NCBI RefSeq assembly: GCF_009914755.1
Contig: NC_060929.1
Length of the DNA stretch: 64,000 nucleotides
Direction: 5' to 3' (one strand)
From: the human T2T-CHM13v2.0 reference genome, Homo sapiens
Shown here: in pieces, positions 42,641 through 61,825 of the stretch
Numbering within the stretch: position 1 is the first letter of the stretch
Layout: each line of letters begins with the position of its first letter
Translations under genes and position numbers: made by a program
Notes under the pieces: generated by a model
What the model was told of the DNA's origin: nothing
What the model saw: the letters and a program-made list of their open reading frames with translations, nothing else
Database searches by the model: none

Positions 42641-44045
42641 TACTCCGCGTCCCACCGCTGGAGAGATGGTCAAATGTGGGAGGCGAGGTGGTCCCAGCTT
42701 GGGAGTCTGTCAGGTTGCCTAGCAACCAGAACTAGGCTTCACCTGAAAGATTTCTGAAATACTGTACTTGATTTGAATTCAGTCTTAACGTTTTCTAGCA
42801 AAGTGTGCGTAGATTGCAAATTGGAGCAGAATACTTCACCCAGAACTTGTATATGTGTAAATAGTCTAAATACCCGATTTGTAAATACTCAAATATTGTC
42901 TCCTTTATTCAAAACTACCTTGACTTAAAGAAAACAGAACAAACAAAAGTGCTCTTGAGACAAAGCTTTCTAACTAAACCTAAAACAAAATGGTTTCAGG
43001 ATTAGGCATCCGTGGGGAGGGTGCAGAGCCTTGCCTGTGAAGGGAAGTTGATACTGAATTCAAGGATTTTTGCCAGGCCATGCACTCTGAGGAAAGGGAC
43101 TCCATTTGGCCTGTTGCCCACTGTATCTTCTAAGCTTCATATGTGGTACCTGCCAAGTAAAAGGCTGTGGAAAGGCCACGTAATTGTCGGCATAGTAAAT
43201 CCATCGGATACGGACTGCCTAACTCCCCCAGCAAATAGAGAGGAGCAATTCAAGCTAGAGGAATTCACTGAAACACTATTTGGGGGAATCCAAAGGAGGA
43301 CACTTGTGGCTTTGCAATAAACTCTGCCTCTATCTGGTCAGAGAGAGAAGCCATAATACTTAGCTTTGGTGGGGGACCATGAGTGAGGTTCGGAGTTGTT
43401 TGTATCTCTCCCCATCTCAATTTAATTAACAGGAATGCTATTGATAAGGGGTCATTGGTAATTCTGTGATTCACACAATTATTGTTATGGGAGATTCTTT
43501 TAACCACTATAGATGCTAACCTAGTAAGACACATTCTCAGCAGCAAAGTGGCAAAATATATTGGAAATGGAACCACTGTGAAGTGGTGGCATAAATGACT
43601 TGGGGGAAGAGGACCACTCAGTAATGATTTCCATTCCACAGTATTGCCCATGACTCACTTCATATGTATGTAAAGTAACTAGATAGTAAACAGAGAGAGA
43701 GACATTGCCTGATTATGATCAACAGCAATTTGGGGTGGGGTAGGAGATTAAAATTCTTGGCATATTGGAATATGCTGAAAGGCAGTAAGGACAAACACAA
43801 GAAAGAAGATACAGTTTTGTCGTTAGGAATCGCAAATAATTCCAACTCCAGGAGTACATAATGGGAAATGATTAGCCAGACGGTCATGAGAATGACCATC
43901 TTACACAACCGGAAATTTCTACAAGGAACAGACCGTCTTTTTGATCACGTTAATCTTCAATTAAGCAAAGTGAGCATGATTATTGATTACTGGGAAGCCA
44001 AGCAATGGAGAACAAAAAGGGTTAGTAATTAGATACAGAAGATCT

Positions 44046-44534
44046 TGTTATAAATAAAGTTTCCATGCTGCAAAAGAAATAGCAGTCGAATATAAAATTT
44101 TCTTTTTAATTCTCAGCAAGGCAAGGTACTTCTATAGAAGGGTGCACCCTTACAGATGGAGCAATGGTGAGTGCACACTTGGACGAGGGAGGGAAAGGGG
44201 TTCTTATTCCTGACGCACGTGGTCCCCACTGCTGTGTCGTTCCCTTATTGGCTAGGGTTAGACTGCACAGGCTAAACTAATTCCGATGGACTAATTTAAA
44301 GACAGTGATGGCGGGAAAAATGGTTATGAAATGAGTCAGGGTGAAGAATGAATTGGAATGAGTCAAGGTGGAGTACGTAATCAGAATGAGTCAAGGTGGA
44401 GAATGAGTCAGGTTGGAGTAGGTAATCAGAAAAGGTTGCTTTACTAGGAAGCTACGTTTAAAAGTAGAAGGCAAAGAATGGAACATACTGACATATTAAT
44501 TCTTTGAAGAGAAATTTAGAATTCATATTTAACA
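44046..44534 (-). mobile_element. LTR10(F-like) 3' LTR of a HERV-I (HERVIP10-type) provirus
   Basis: TGTTA...TAACA termini; polypurine tract CAAGAGGAGGAAGT at 44535-44548; tandem TGAGTCA repeats. Confidence 0.85.
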
Positions 44535-47500
44535 ACTTCCTCCTCTTGCATTTTTCTTACAGCTTTCTCTTCAAACTTATTTAACATGTCTTGATTTAGT
44601 TGTTCTGCTTGATTTTCCAAAAGAAGAAGCTTTTCTGGATGAGGTGGAGGATAGTTAAGGGAGGTTTTAGTAAGTACCGTTTCTATGAGCCTCTGCACCA
44701 ACCCACAGATGCATGGTATGACACAGCACCTGACAAGAATAAGTACACCTATTATGACTATGAGGGAGGTAAGAATTGGGGCTATTATTCCTTTCCATTT
44801 ACCGAACCACTTTTCTAGCCATCCTGTAAAGGGATCATTTACCCGTGAGTTGCTGGCTAACTCATTGGATAGAGCAGTCAGACCTCACAATGCCTTTGTT
44901 ATACTTCCATTAGGGGTGGCGTTGTTTGGGATGAAGGTGCAACATTGAGTTTTAATCATAACGCAAACTCATCTTCTTTCTGCTAATATCATGTCTAAGG
45001 CTATCCTATTTTCCCAAGCCATCTGGCTAATAGCCCCTAATTGCTCAGCTATTCCTTTAACAGCATCTCTAGTGTAGTTAATACATCACTGTTGGTTGTA
45101 ATAGATGTCGTTTAACCAATCTGCATTTTTATTAATTGTCACCCACCAAAATATTGACTCAAATCCTGCAGCTATTTGATTTCGGGCTTTAAATTGATCT
45201 CGTATTCCCTGTGGGACTCCAACTGCATCTAAATAGACGTGAGAGTCGAAAGACCCATAAGGGGCTTCTCTCGCTTTATGATGTCTTATTTTTCCTTCCT
45301 CTGGTTGATAAAATGCCAAGGTGAAAGGGATAGCCAACTGGACTAAAGCACAAGTGTCACTCCAGTTATTCAGCAGAGTGTCTAGTAAAGGTCCACCACA
45401 ATACCACCACACATCCACTCAGGGATGAACAAGGGCTGACTGGTAAGCTCTTAAAAATTCTTAAGCTTACTTCATCCCTCCAGGTCTCCAAGGAATGCTA
45501 AGTTTCCTTCCTGTTGTGAGACACACGAAGTGAACTTGGTGTTGGGAGATGGAAGCTGAATGGCCCTTGGGGGCGACCCACAGGGTGTCAGACTTCGGGA
45601 TATAGTAGAGAGAGAGCTTGGCACGACTTGTTACCCCAGGCTGTAGAATCCTGGAAAACAGCTACCATGCAGCCCATGCCGAGTCGACTGGAGGACCACC
45701 TTAGTGGAAAGGGGACAATCTGGGCCTCTGGCCTGCTATGTGCACAAGCATAACAATTGCTTTTGTTTAATGTGTGGATGGAATATTTGATACATTCCAC
45801 CCAGGCATTTATATCTTGGTATCCTGTCTCAGTTGCCAAAGTTTGTTTTAAGTCTTTAACTTCTACCATCGCTATCTTGGCCTTGTCGGTAGATGGAGGA
45901 GGAACAATGGTTCCGTTGTGAGAGGTTTTGGAAAAAGGCTTAAAGGCAGGTGCAGGTGGCAGGGGATCAAAGAAATGCATTTCAAGGATCCAATAGGGTC
46001 TGTCCCTGACATCTAGCCCACATGCCATAAAATCGGCTTAAAGAAGGGAACTGGCTTAGAAAAGGGGAAGAACTTTGGGGGCTCAAGATAATAACCTATA
46101 TAGGATTGCACTGGTTTAGCTGACAGTTATTGGGGGCTGTCCGTTTAGTAAAATGAATGTGTGGTTTTAGGAAATTACAAAAACTGGTCAGGGCAGTCCA
46201 TCCTTGCTCTTTGGTGGTCCACAGAACGTTGGACCAACTACAGCATAAAAGCTCTGTGTCGGTGGGGGCAAGACTCCTGGTTGCCACTGGGGTCTTTATC
46301 AAAATCTCCCCGAATTAAATGGTCCCAATTCACTAATGCCCAGTATGAGGAGAGCCAGGAGGGACAGAGGTACTTTTCTGAAGTAGAGAGCTGCCTTTGA
46401 CTTTACAAATCCCCACACAGTATAACAAGGCAAGCATCAAATGCAATAGTTTGAGGCGAAATTGACTTGGTTATGTTAATAACTAGATGATCAGCGATAG
46501 AACGAGGAAAGAAGAAAGTTAATAGAATAGATGAAAGAGAGTTAAATTCTTCTTAGCTTTAGTTTGGTAGGGTTTTCCCCTGGGACTATGGCCACTACTC
46601 TGGAGGGGGTGGCACTTTCTTGACCCGGGTGTGGTAAGTCCATCCTCTCTCTGCTGTGCGGACTGCAGTTTCAGTAGTTAGGAGCACTAAGTAAGGACCT
46701 TCCCAGACTGGCTCAAGCATCTCCTCTTTCCAGCTCTTGATGAGGACGTGATCCCCAGGCTGATGTTGATGCACCGGGAACTCCAAGGGCGGCACCTGTG
46801 CTAATAGACCTTTAGTTTTAAGAGAAGAGAAAGTAGAAGCTAGACCAAGCATATAATTTTTAAGGAATTGATCTTTTGTTTCAAAGGTAGGAATATCAGC
46901 AGTAGAGTGCAAATAAGGTAATCCATAGAACATCTCATAAGGAGAAAGACCAATGTCTTTCCGTGGTGCAGTTCAAATTCTCAGCAGGGCAATAGGAAGA
47001 CACTTGGTCCATGGCAATCGAGTCTCTAAGACTAATTTGGTTAAGTGGTTCTTTAGAGTCTGATTCATTCTTTCTACTCTCCCTAATGAGGATGGGTGTC
47101 AGGGAGTATGGTATTCCCATCTAATATCTAATGTTTGGGATAGCTTTTTAATAATGTGTGTGGTGAAATGAGTTCCATTGTCTGAGTCAATATTTTCTAT
47201 TAGTCCAAACCTGGGTACTATATTTTCAATTAGGGCCTTAACTGCATTATTGGCTGTTGCATTTGAAAAGGGAATAACTTCGACCTGGTGAGTGAGGTGG
47301 TCTACTATCACTAGTAAATATTTCAGACGACCTGTTGGAGGCATTTCTTTGTAATCAACTTGGATACTTTCGAATGGCTTTAAGCCTGGATTCCTTCCCC
47401 CGAGTGGTAATATTTTTGTAGTATGTCTATTAGTTTTCTTACATACTAAGCAACTATCTGTAACCTGTTTGGCCAGGGTATAAATTCCTATACAACCATA

Positions 47501-49657
47501 AACTCTGAGAATGGCATCACATGTGGCCTGGGGCCCCCAGTGGGTCCCCTGATGTAGTTGGGATAAGACTTCCCTCATAAGGGGTTTAGATAACGTTTCT
47601 CTCTGGTCTGGCAGTATCCACTTTCCTTCTGAATTCTCTTTAGCACCTATTTTTATTACTTTCTCTTTTTTGGTGGAAGAGAAAATGGGGATTATGGTAG
47701 GAGGAGGGAGGTAGGGAGTTAAGTGAAAAATACACATTCAAAAGACACAGCAGCCTGCTTGTCTACCTGATCTGCTAGGTTATTTCCTCGACTTTCAAAA
47801 GAAAGAATTTTCTGGTGTCTGGGAACATGGACAATAGCTATTTCTTCTGGCAACCGAAAATTATTCAATACTTGGGTGATCAGCTCCTTGTGAACAAGGT
47901 CTTGACCTTTACTATTGATGAGACCTAGTTCAGTCCAAATTTTCCAAAACATATGGGTCACTCCAAAGGCATACCTGGAATCTGTATAGATGGTTCCTTC
48001 CTGGTTCTGTAAGTACTTTAAGGCTTGGCTGAGTGCAAGCAGCTCACACGTTTGAGCAGACGAACTGTTGGGCAATTTTCCTGATTCTATTTCTATGAGA
48101 GTTTCTCCATCAATCACTGAATACCTACTGTGTCTTTTTCCCTCAATCACCCCGGAAGAACCATCTATGAATAAGTGCCATCCAGTCCAGAAGGGGGTTT
48201 CTTCTAGGTCTGGTTGAACCTTTGTATGGTAATCAATTAAATCTAAACATGTGTGTTCCCCCCTTAGATGTGGATTCCTTGTTAAGAAACCTGCTGGGTT
48301 GAGTGAATTATCAGTAGTCAATGTTAAATCATCCTTTTCTAACAGAATGGCCTCATGCTTTAAGATTCTTTATTCAGTAGGCCATCTCCCTGCTCTCTGG
48401 TAGTTCTAACTCGGTGAGGCGTGCTTACTGTCAATTTTCCTCCAAAGGTTAACTTTCTGCTTTCCCCGACTAGTATTGCCATAGCCACGATGGACTGGAT
48501 GCATTGAGGCCATCCACGAGTGACTGGGTCTAAGACCTTTGATAGGAAGGCTACGGGCTGCCGGTGGCATCTGTGTTCTTGAGTCAGCACTCCTAAAGCT
48601 ACCCCACTGTACACATTAACAAAAAGGTGGAATGGCTTTTCTAGGGAGGGTAAGGCTAAAACAGGCAGTTATGAGCCTTTCTTTCCTTCAGCTTCTCGAC
48701 TTGATCAACTTCCTCAGAAGTCCACAGGAGACGGTTAGGCTTCTCCTGGGCAAGTTTTTGATATAACAGTTTACTGTGCAGTGCTTAATAAGTGGCAGTA
48801 TCTGACTAACCCTAAAATTTTCCTGAGTTCTTGTTTGTTTGAGGCAAGGGTAGGGACACAATTCCCTCGATTCGTTTAGGCCCTATTCTTGGCTTGCCTG
48901 CACTTATTAAGTGGCCTAAATATTTAACTTTCGGCTGTACATGCTGAAGCTTTCTTTTTGGTACTTGTAGCCCCTCAAACTGCAGATGGTTAAGCATATG
49001 TGTAGAGAAGTCAGTTACTTTCTCGCTATCTTCACCAGATATAAGAATGATGTCCACTTACTGGAGAAGGCATATTTGTTCTGGGATGACAACTTTTTCT
49101 AGTACTTGTTCTAAAATTTGGCCAAAAAGATTAGGGGAGTCTGTGAACCCTTGGAGCAAGACTGTCCATCGATATTGTTGTTTCTGCCCTGAGTGGGGAT
49201 CCTCTCACTCAAAAGCAAATATATCTCAGCTATCTTCAGTCAGGGACCATACCCAAAAAAGCATCTTTCAAATCTATTACAGTAAACCATTGATGATATA
49301 TGGAATCTTGCTAAGAATGGTATAAGGACTGGGGACAACAGGGTGGGTAGTCTGGACTATTTGGTTGATAGCTCCAAGGTCCTGTACTAGCTGATATGAC
49401 CCGTCTCATTTCTTTACTGGCAGTATTGGGGGGTTATAAGGGGACATACAGGGCTCAAGAAGCCCATCCTTAATAAGGCCTTCGATTATAGGTTTCAACC
49501 CTATCCCACCTTCTAGGGGAATAGGGTACTGCTTCCTTCTTACTACTTCTCCCAGGGTTTTTAGCTTGATGTGGATCAGAGGGACTTGGAGTTTCCCTTG
49601 GTTTCCTTCTTTGGACGAGACATTAGGATTAATATATTTTTCATCTGCAGTGGTGAG
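44535..49657 (-). pseudogene. HERV-I internal region, 3' part: decayed pol (RT, RNase H, integrase) and env
   Basis: LLQ*VDIIL (dead YVDD) near 49050; LFIDGSS/IYTDSRYAF; HQGTHWG..CLVC..IDSDNGTHF; env RNQIAAGFES and WENRIALDMILAE; many stops and frameshifts. Confidence 0.9.
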
Positions 49658-50125
49658 TGTCAAGTGCGTCCGTGTGAAGAGAGTCCACCAACAGGCTTTG
49701 TGTGAGCAACAAGGCTGTCTTTGTCACTTGGGGGCAAGTGGGCTGAGTCCGAAAAGAGAGTCAGCAAAGGGAGATAGGCATGGGGCAGTTTTATAGGACT
49801 GGGTTAAACAGTGGAAAGTTACAGTTAAAGGTGGTTATCTATTGTCAGCAGAAGAGGGGGTCACAAGGTGCATGGTGGGGAGATCATAAGACTCATTGTC
49901 CCGAAGAAGAATGTCACGAGATTGATTGATCTGTTGGGGCAGGGCAGGAACAAGTCATAATGGAATATTGTAAGGTTGGTCAATCAGTTAAGACAGGAGC
50001 TGGCTGTTTCACTTCTTCTGTAGTTTTGGGTTGCCCTAGACTTCTTGGCTCCTGCAGGCCACCTGGACGTATATGTGCAGATCACAGGGGTTACAATGGC
50101 TGAGCTTCGGCTCAGAGACCTGACA
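49658..50125 (-). mobile_element. LTR7(C-like) 3' LTR of HERV-H
   Basis: TGTCA...TGACA termini, gtgtgaagagagtccaccaacaggctttgtgtgagcaac; PPT adjacent at 50126. Confidence 0.9.
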
Positions 50126-50273
50126 TTCCTGTCTTTTTATTTATAAAATATAAAGTTATAAGAAAAGATAAAGAAAATATAAGTTTTATTGGGGATTATT
50201 GGGGTTGGAGTGATGTTTCTTGGGACTGCTTTAACGTGACCAGGGACTGCACGGACACCTTAAAGAAAATTTT

Positions 50274-50569
50274 TCAGCAAACTATCGCAAGGACAAAAAA
50301 CCAAACACCGCATGTTCTCACTCATAGGTGGGAATTGAACAATGAGAACACACGGACACAGGAAGGGGAATATCACACACCGGGGCCTGTTGTGGGGTGG
50401 GGGGAGGGGGGAGGGATAGCATTAGGAGATATACCTAATGTTAAATGACGAGTTAATGGGTGCAGCACATCAACATGGCACATGTATACATATGTAACTA
50501 ACCTGCACGTTGTGCACATGTACCCTAAAACTTAAAGTATAATAATAATAAAATTTAAAAAGGAAAAAA
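50274..50569 (+). mobile_element. 5'-truncated L1PA (PA3/4-like) 3'UTR inserted in HERV-H
   Basis: L1 3'UTR and A-tail; TSD aaagaaaatttt at 50262 and 50570. Confidence 0.9.
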
Positions 50570-50599
50570 AAAGAAAATTTTACAATGAGTTACAAGGAA

Positions 50600-51660
50600 T
50601 AGAAATTTAGGCTGTGCGGAGATCTTGGGGCAGAGGATGGTACCATGGGGTTGTTAAAAGTGGCATTTGTCATATAGAATTATTGGTGATGGTCTGGATG
50701 TGGTTTTGTATGAATTGAGAAACCAAATGGAAGATGCAAGGACCGAATAAGAGAAGGAGAAAAACAGGTACCAGGGGACTAAGAATAGGCAGGAGCCAAG
50801 ACACCCAGTTAGAAAGTCTGCAGGTGGGTCCAGCATAATTATTTTCCTGGCTGGCGAGTTATCTTTAAGTTTTTCATGTTGTCATATGCCAGGCCGGATT
50901 GGTTTAGATAAAAACAACATTCTTCATTTAAAAATATACAGTCCTCCATTTTCAGCAGTGAGTAGGTCAAGGCCTCAGCGATTTTGGAGGACAACTGCGG
51001 CTAAGGAGTCAACCTGGGCCTGAAGGACTGATAAAGTTTGTGATATTGTAATGCTAGTAGAAAAGTAGAAAAGTAATTAGAAAGGCTACGGAAGGTTGTG
51101 ACAGAAGTTGAAATGCCTGCTATTCCGGCTCCAAGGGCAATAGTAGAAGCAGAAAGTCCTAACCGTACAAGTAGAGGGGTTAGAGGAATAACTCTTCTCT
51201 GTCTGGTTGGTGTCATGAGGGGGACAGGAAGTTGTTCGGTCCCATTTGCAAATTGAATGTTGGGAATAAGAAAAACTAGTGTACATTTACCTGTCCAATT
51301 AGCAGGTAGACACATGTAGATGGAGGAGACACAGAAGAAGAAGAGGACTTCTGCAAGGCAAAATTGGAAATGCAAAGTGAAAAGATGAGAAGGAGTAGTA
51401 AAAGAGGTGTCTTGTACCCAGACTCCTAAGGCTCCAGCTAGGGCGGCAGCCGTCAGAGGTTGTAATGGGGACTGATGGGGTAACTGTGTAGACGGGGAGA
51501 TTCGATTCTCATGATGTATGAGAAAGTCGAGTGTCTACGAGCAAACTTTCACTGTTATTTACGGGGCTGGATATAAGTAAATAAGAAGAGGGCCTGGGAG
51601 GATAGTCTGAAGAACAAGGGAAAGGTAGCCAAGGATGGAGTGAAATGCACAGTAAATGTC
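50600..51660 (-). pseudogene. HERV-H env remnant (end of SU, furin RQRR, fusion peptide, ISD)
   Basis: CLPANWTGKCTL...RQRRVIPL...GAGIAGI; LQNR*GLDLLTAENGGL at about 50940-50990. Confidence 0.88.
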
Positions 51661-51662
51661 TT

Positions 51663-57853
<6,191 letters not shown>

Positions 57854-57871
57854 AATGCAGGGTAATGTCTT

Positions 57872-60800
57872 AAAGGAAATGAGAAGTTTTAAGAGATGGG
57901 CTAGTGGCTGTAACTTACATGGAAGAGGTTATGAAAGGACGATAGAATGGAATGATTCTGTGAAGCTGGAAGGAGATATTTTCCTTGGTCTAAGAACCAT
58001 TTGCCTTGAGTGGGGAGGGATTGATAGGTGGAAACTTCTGTGGAAGAGTAAGTAGATGTGACTGATGAGAAGGAGAAAAGCTGGCCATGAGGGACAGAAG
58101 TAGGAATACTGGTTGCTCCTTTAGCTGTCTTATCAGCATAATTGTTGCCTTGAGCAATGGGGTCTGAGGCCCTTTGATGGCTTTTGCATCAGTATAAATA
58201 TTGATGCATAGTCCCTTTGCAGGAGTGAAGGCCCAAGTTAGGGCAATGAGTTTGGCTTGCTGAGAGGTAGTGGAGGGGGGCAGAGTGGTAGCCTCAATGA
58301 TAGATGTGGAAGATACTACAGCATAGCCTGCCTTTGCTGGTGAGTGGCGATTAGGCCTGGTGGAACTGCCATCAATAAACCAAGTGTGATCGGGGTGAGG
58401 AACAGGAAATAAAGAAATATGGGGAAATGGAGTGAATGTCAGGTGGATCAGAGAGATACAGTCATGGGGGTCAGGTGTGGTATCAGGAATAATGTGGGGG
58501 CCAGCCTAAAACAGTAAGGTCAAGTTGTTTGGATAGAAAGGCTACAGGGCATGGTCCCAGCTCTTGTGTAAGAATTCCGACCGCACAGCCCTGCACTTCG
58601 ACTGTGTGTAATGAAAAAGGGTTGGGATGAGTTAGGGAGAGCTAGTGTGGGAGCAGCTTCTAGGGCTGTTTTTAAGGAATGGAAAGAGGAGTGGGGAAAG
58701 GATTTAGGATCTATGTGGTCAGCTAGGTTTTATTTTGTGAAATTATGTAATGGTTTAGTCAGGATGGCAAAACCAGCTATCCAAAGGCGAAAGTACCTAA
58801 CCATGCCTAGGGAAGAAAGGAGTTGTTGCTTTGTAGAAGGGGTTGCGGTTTGGGAGATTAGCTGGACATGATCAGCAGGGAGAGCACATGTGTTTTTATG
58901 AAGAATTATGCTGAGATATGTAATGGATGAGGAAGAAATTTGGGCTTTGGAGGGAGATATGCAATATCCTTTGGAGAATAAATGTTGAAGGAGCAGGAGG
59001 GTATGTTGTTGAGAAGACTCAAAGGAGATACTACAGAGTAGAAGGTCATCAATATATTGAATAAGGTGAGAAGCAGAGGGGTGGAAAGAAAGTAAATCAT
59101 GAGAAAAAGCTTGGCTGAAGTAATGAGGGCTGTCCTGGAAGCCTTGTGGCAGTACAGCCGAGGTAAGCTTCTGGGACTGATGGGTATCAGGGTCAATCCA
59201 GGTGAAAGCAAAGAGAGGCTGAGATCAGGGGTGCAGGGGAATAGTGAAAAAGCATATTAAGATCAAGAATGGAATAGTGAGTTGTGGATGGAGGTATTGA
59301 GGACAGAATAGTGTACGGGTTGGGCACCACAGGGTGGATAGGCAAAACAATTTGGTTGATAAGGTGCAGATCCTGAACAAACCTATAAGACTTGTCTGGG
59401 TTTTGGACAGTAAAATGGGGGAATTGTAAGGAGATTTTGTAGGCTTTAGAAGCCCATGCTGTAGTAGGCGAGTGATAACAGGCTTTAACCCCCTTAAAGC
59501 ATGCTGTGGGATGGGATACTGGCATTGAGTCGGGTAAGGGTAATTAGGTTTTAACGGGATAGTAATGGGCATGTGATCAGTTGCCAGGGAGGGAGTAAAG
59601 GTGTCCCATACCTGTGGGTTAAGGTTGGGGGATACAAGAGGAAGATGTGAAGGAGGCTTTGGGTTGGGAAGAAGGGCAGCAATGAGATGTGGCTGTAGTC
59701 CAGGAATAATCAGGGTAGTGGATAATTTTGTTAAAACATTTCCACCTAATAAGGGAACTGGGCACGTGAGGATAACTAAAAAGGAGTGCATAAAAGAATG
59801 TTGTCCAAGTTGGCACCAAAGTTGGGGAGTTTTAAGAGGTTTAGAAGCCTGGCCGTCAATACCCAGAACAGTTGTGGAGGCAAGGGAAACAGGCTCTTGA
59901 AAAGAAGGTAATGTGGAGTGGGTAGCCTCCGTATTGATTAAGAAGGAGATGACGGACTTACCCTCCACTGTAAGAGTTACCCAAAGTGTCTGTGATGATC
60001 CAGAAGGCTTCTGAGGCGATCAGGCAGTAGTAATCTTCAGCCGCTAAGCCGAGAAGATCTGAGAAAGAGTCAGTCAGAGAGCCTTGAGCTAGAGTTCCAG
60101 GGACTCTGGGAGTGGCTGCTGGGTGAGTTGGACAGTCCAATTTCCAATGGGGTCCCACAAAGATGGGACTTGGCTTAGGAGGAATCCTGGGCTGCGGGCA
60201 TTCCTTGGCCCAGTGGCCAGATTTTTGGCACTTGAAGCAAGATCCTTGAGGAGGAGATCCTTGAGGAATGCCTGACCACTGCAGTTTAGGTGTTTTGAAG
60301 TTCTTGTGTGCTGGAGATGTAGCTGGGATTTCTCTCACAGCAGAGGCACATAATTGCAACTCAGAAATATGTTACCGTTTGGCTGCCTTTTTTTTTTATT
60401 ATTGTATACATTGAAGGTGAGGTTAATGAAGTCCTGTTGTGGAGTTTGAGGGCCAGAATCCAATTTTTGGAGCTTTTTCTAATGTCAGGAGCAGATTGAA
60501 TAATAAAATGCATATTGAGAATAAGACAGCCTTCTGGCCTCTCTGGGTCTAGGACAGTAAAGCATCTAAGGGGTTGTTGCCAAATGGGCCATGAACTGGG
60601 CTGGGTTTTTATATTTTATGAAATAGAGCCTAAATTCTAACTGATTTGGGAGAGGTCAGATGAAGAAAAAGGAGCATTAACTTTGACTATGCCTTCAGCT
60701 CCAGCCACCTCTCTAAGAGGAAATTGTTGGGCAGGTGGGGGATGGCTAGTCATGGAACGAAACTGTAAGCCAGACCGGGTGTGAGGAGGGGAGGTGATAG

Positions 60801-61805
60801 AAGGATTATAGGGTGGGGGAGCGGAGGTTGAGGAAGAATTGGGACCTGGCTTGGCCTGGCAAGGAGCAGCCCGGGAAGGAGGGGAGAGGTCGGATGGGTC
60901 CGTAGAAAAGGAGGATTTAAAGGACTCAGAGCTTGGGGTGGAGACTGAAGGAACAGACAGGAGAGAAAGAAGAAAGATTTGGGATGAGTTGCATTGGGAG
61001 CAGAGACTAGGGAGGGACCAAGGTGTAAAAGAAATGTCTGGACATCAGGCACCTCAGATCATTTACCCATTTTTTGACAAAATTATCTAGATCTTGTAGG
61101 ATGAAGAAATCAAAAGTGCTGTTTTCTGGCCATTTAGAGCCATTATCAAGTTTGTATTGGGGCCAAACGGTGTTGCAGAAGAAAAGAAGATGCTTAGGTT
61201 TTAGATCAGGTGAGAGTTGAAGAGGTTTCAAGTTTTTAAGAACACAGGCTAAGGGGGAAGAAGGAGGAATGGAGGGCAGAAGGTTGCCTATAGTAAAAAG
61301 TTAAGTTTAGGGAAAAGGGGAGTAGAGACATGGAGAGAGGGGGATGGTACTTGTCACCCAGAGGAGGTAGTCCTTGCCACCAAAGTGGAGGATCAAGGCA
61401 GGCATCCCTGTGGTGATCGAACACCTCTGGAATGATGGTGAATAATCAGGCAGGCATCCCCACAGTGATTAGACACCAAGGGAAGACTGTCTTCCTGAGT
61501 CCATGACTAGAACCAGAGTTTTGGGTTCACAGATAAAATGTGTCTCCTCTATCTCTACCAGAAAAGGAAAGGAACTGAAATTAAGGGAAGGGAGAGATTG
61601 AAGGGTGGTGCTAAAAATGAAAGGAGAAAGAGGTTGAGGGATAGTGAGAGAGGTTGGAGAAGAGAGTAAAAAGAGGCCGCTTACCTGACTTAAAGTTGGT
61701 GAGGTGTTTCTTGGGCCAGTCTGAAGACCTGAGGTCATAGGTGGATGTTCTCACGGAGCAAAGAGCAGGAAGACAGGGGATTGATCTCCCAAGGGAGGTA
61801 CCCCA
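57872..61805 (-). pseudogene. HERV-H internal leader, gag, pro and deleted pol
   Basis: FFCNTVWPQYKLDNGSKWPENSTFDF; zinc knuckle CFKCQKSGHWAKEC; FLINTEATHS (degenerate protease); TWFIDGSS RNase H at about 58361-58384. Confidence 0.9.
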
Positions 61806-61823
61806 ATCTGAGTCATGGCACTA
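61806..61823 (-). promoter_or_regulatory. tRNA-His primer binding site (mutated)
   Basis: TAGTGCCATGACTCAGAT versus His PBS TGGTGCCGTGACTCGGAT, 15/18 match, next to the 5' LTR. Confidence 0.85.
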
Positions 61824-61825
61824 AA

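Larger units (their letters stand above)
41860..42700. promoter_or_regulatory. HMGCS1: CpG island over the HMGCS1 promoter, exon 1 and start of intron 1
   Basis: GC- and CpG-dense relative to the flanks. Confidence 0.9.

Noticed and set aside
42033-42722. Overlapping ORFs in the CpG island
   Set aside because: Expected stop-codon scarcity in GC-rich promoter DNA; no recognisable domains
44325-44430. Repeat-spacer appearance resembling a CRISPR array
   Set aside because: Eukaryotic LTR tandem repeat; no unique spacers of constant length and no cas genes
44535-51375. HERV-I or HERV-H env as a domesticated syncytin-like gene
   Set aside because: Both are fragmented, with stops in or next to the immunosuppressive domain and an L1 upstream of the HERV-H env remnant
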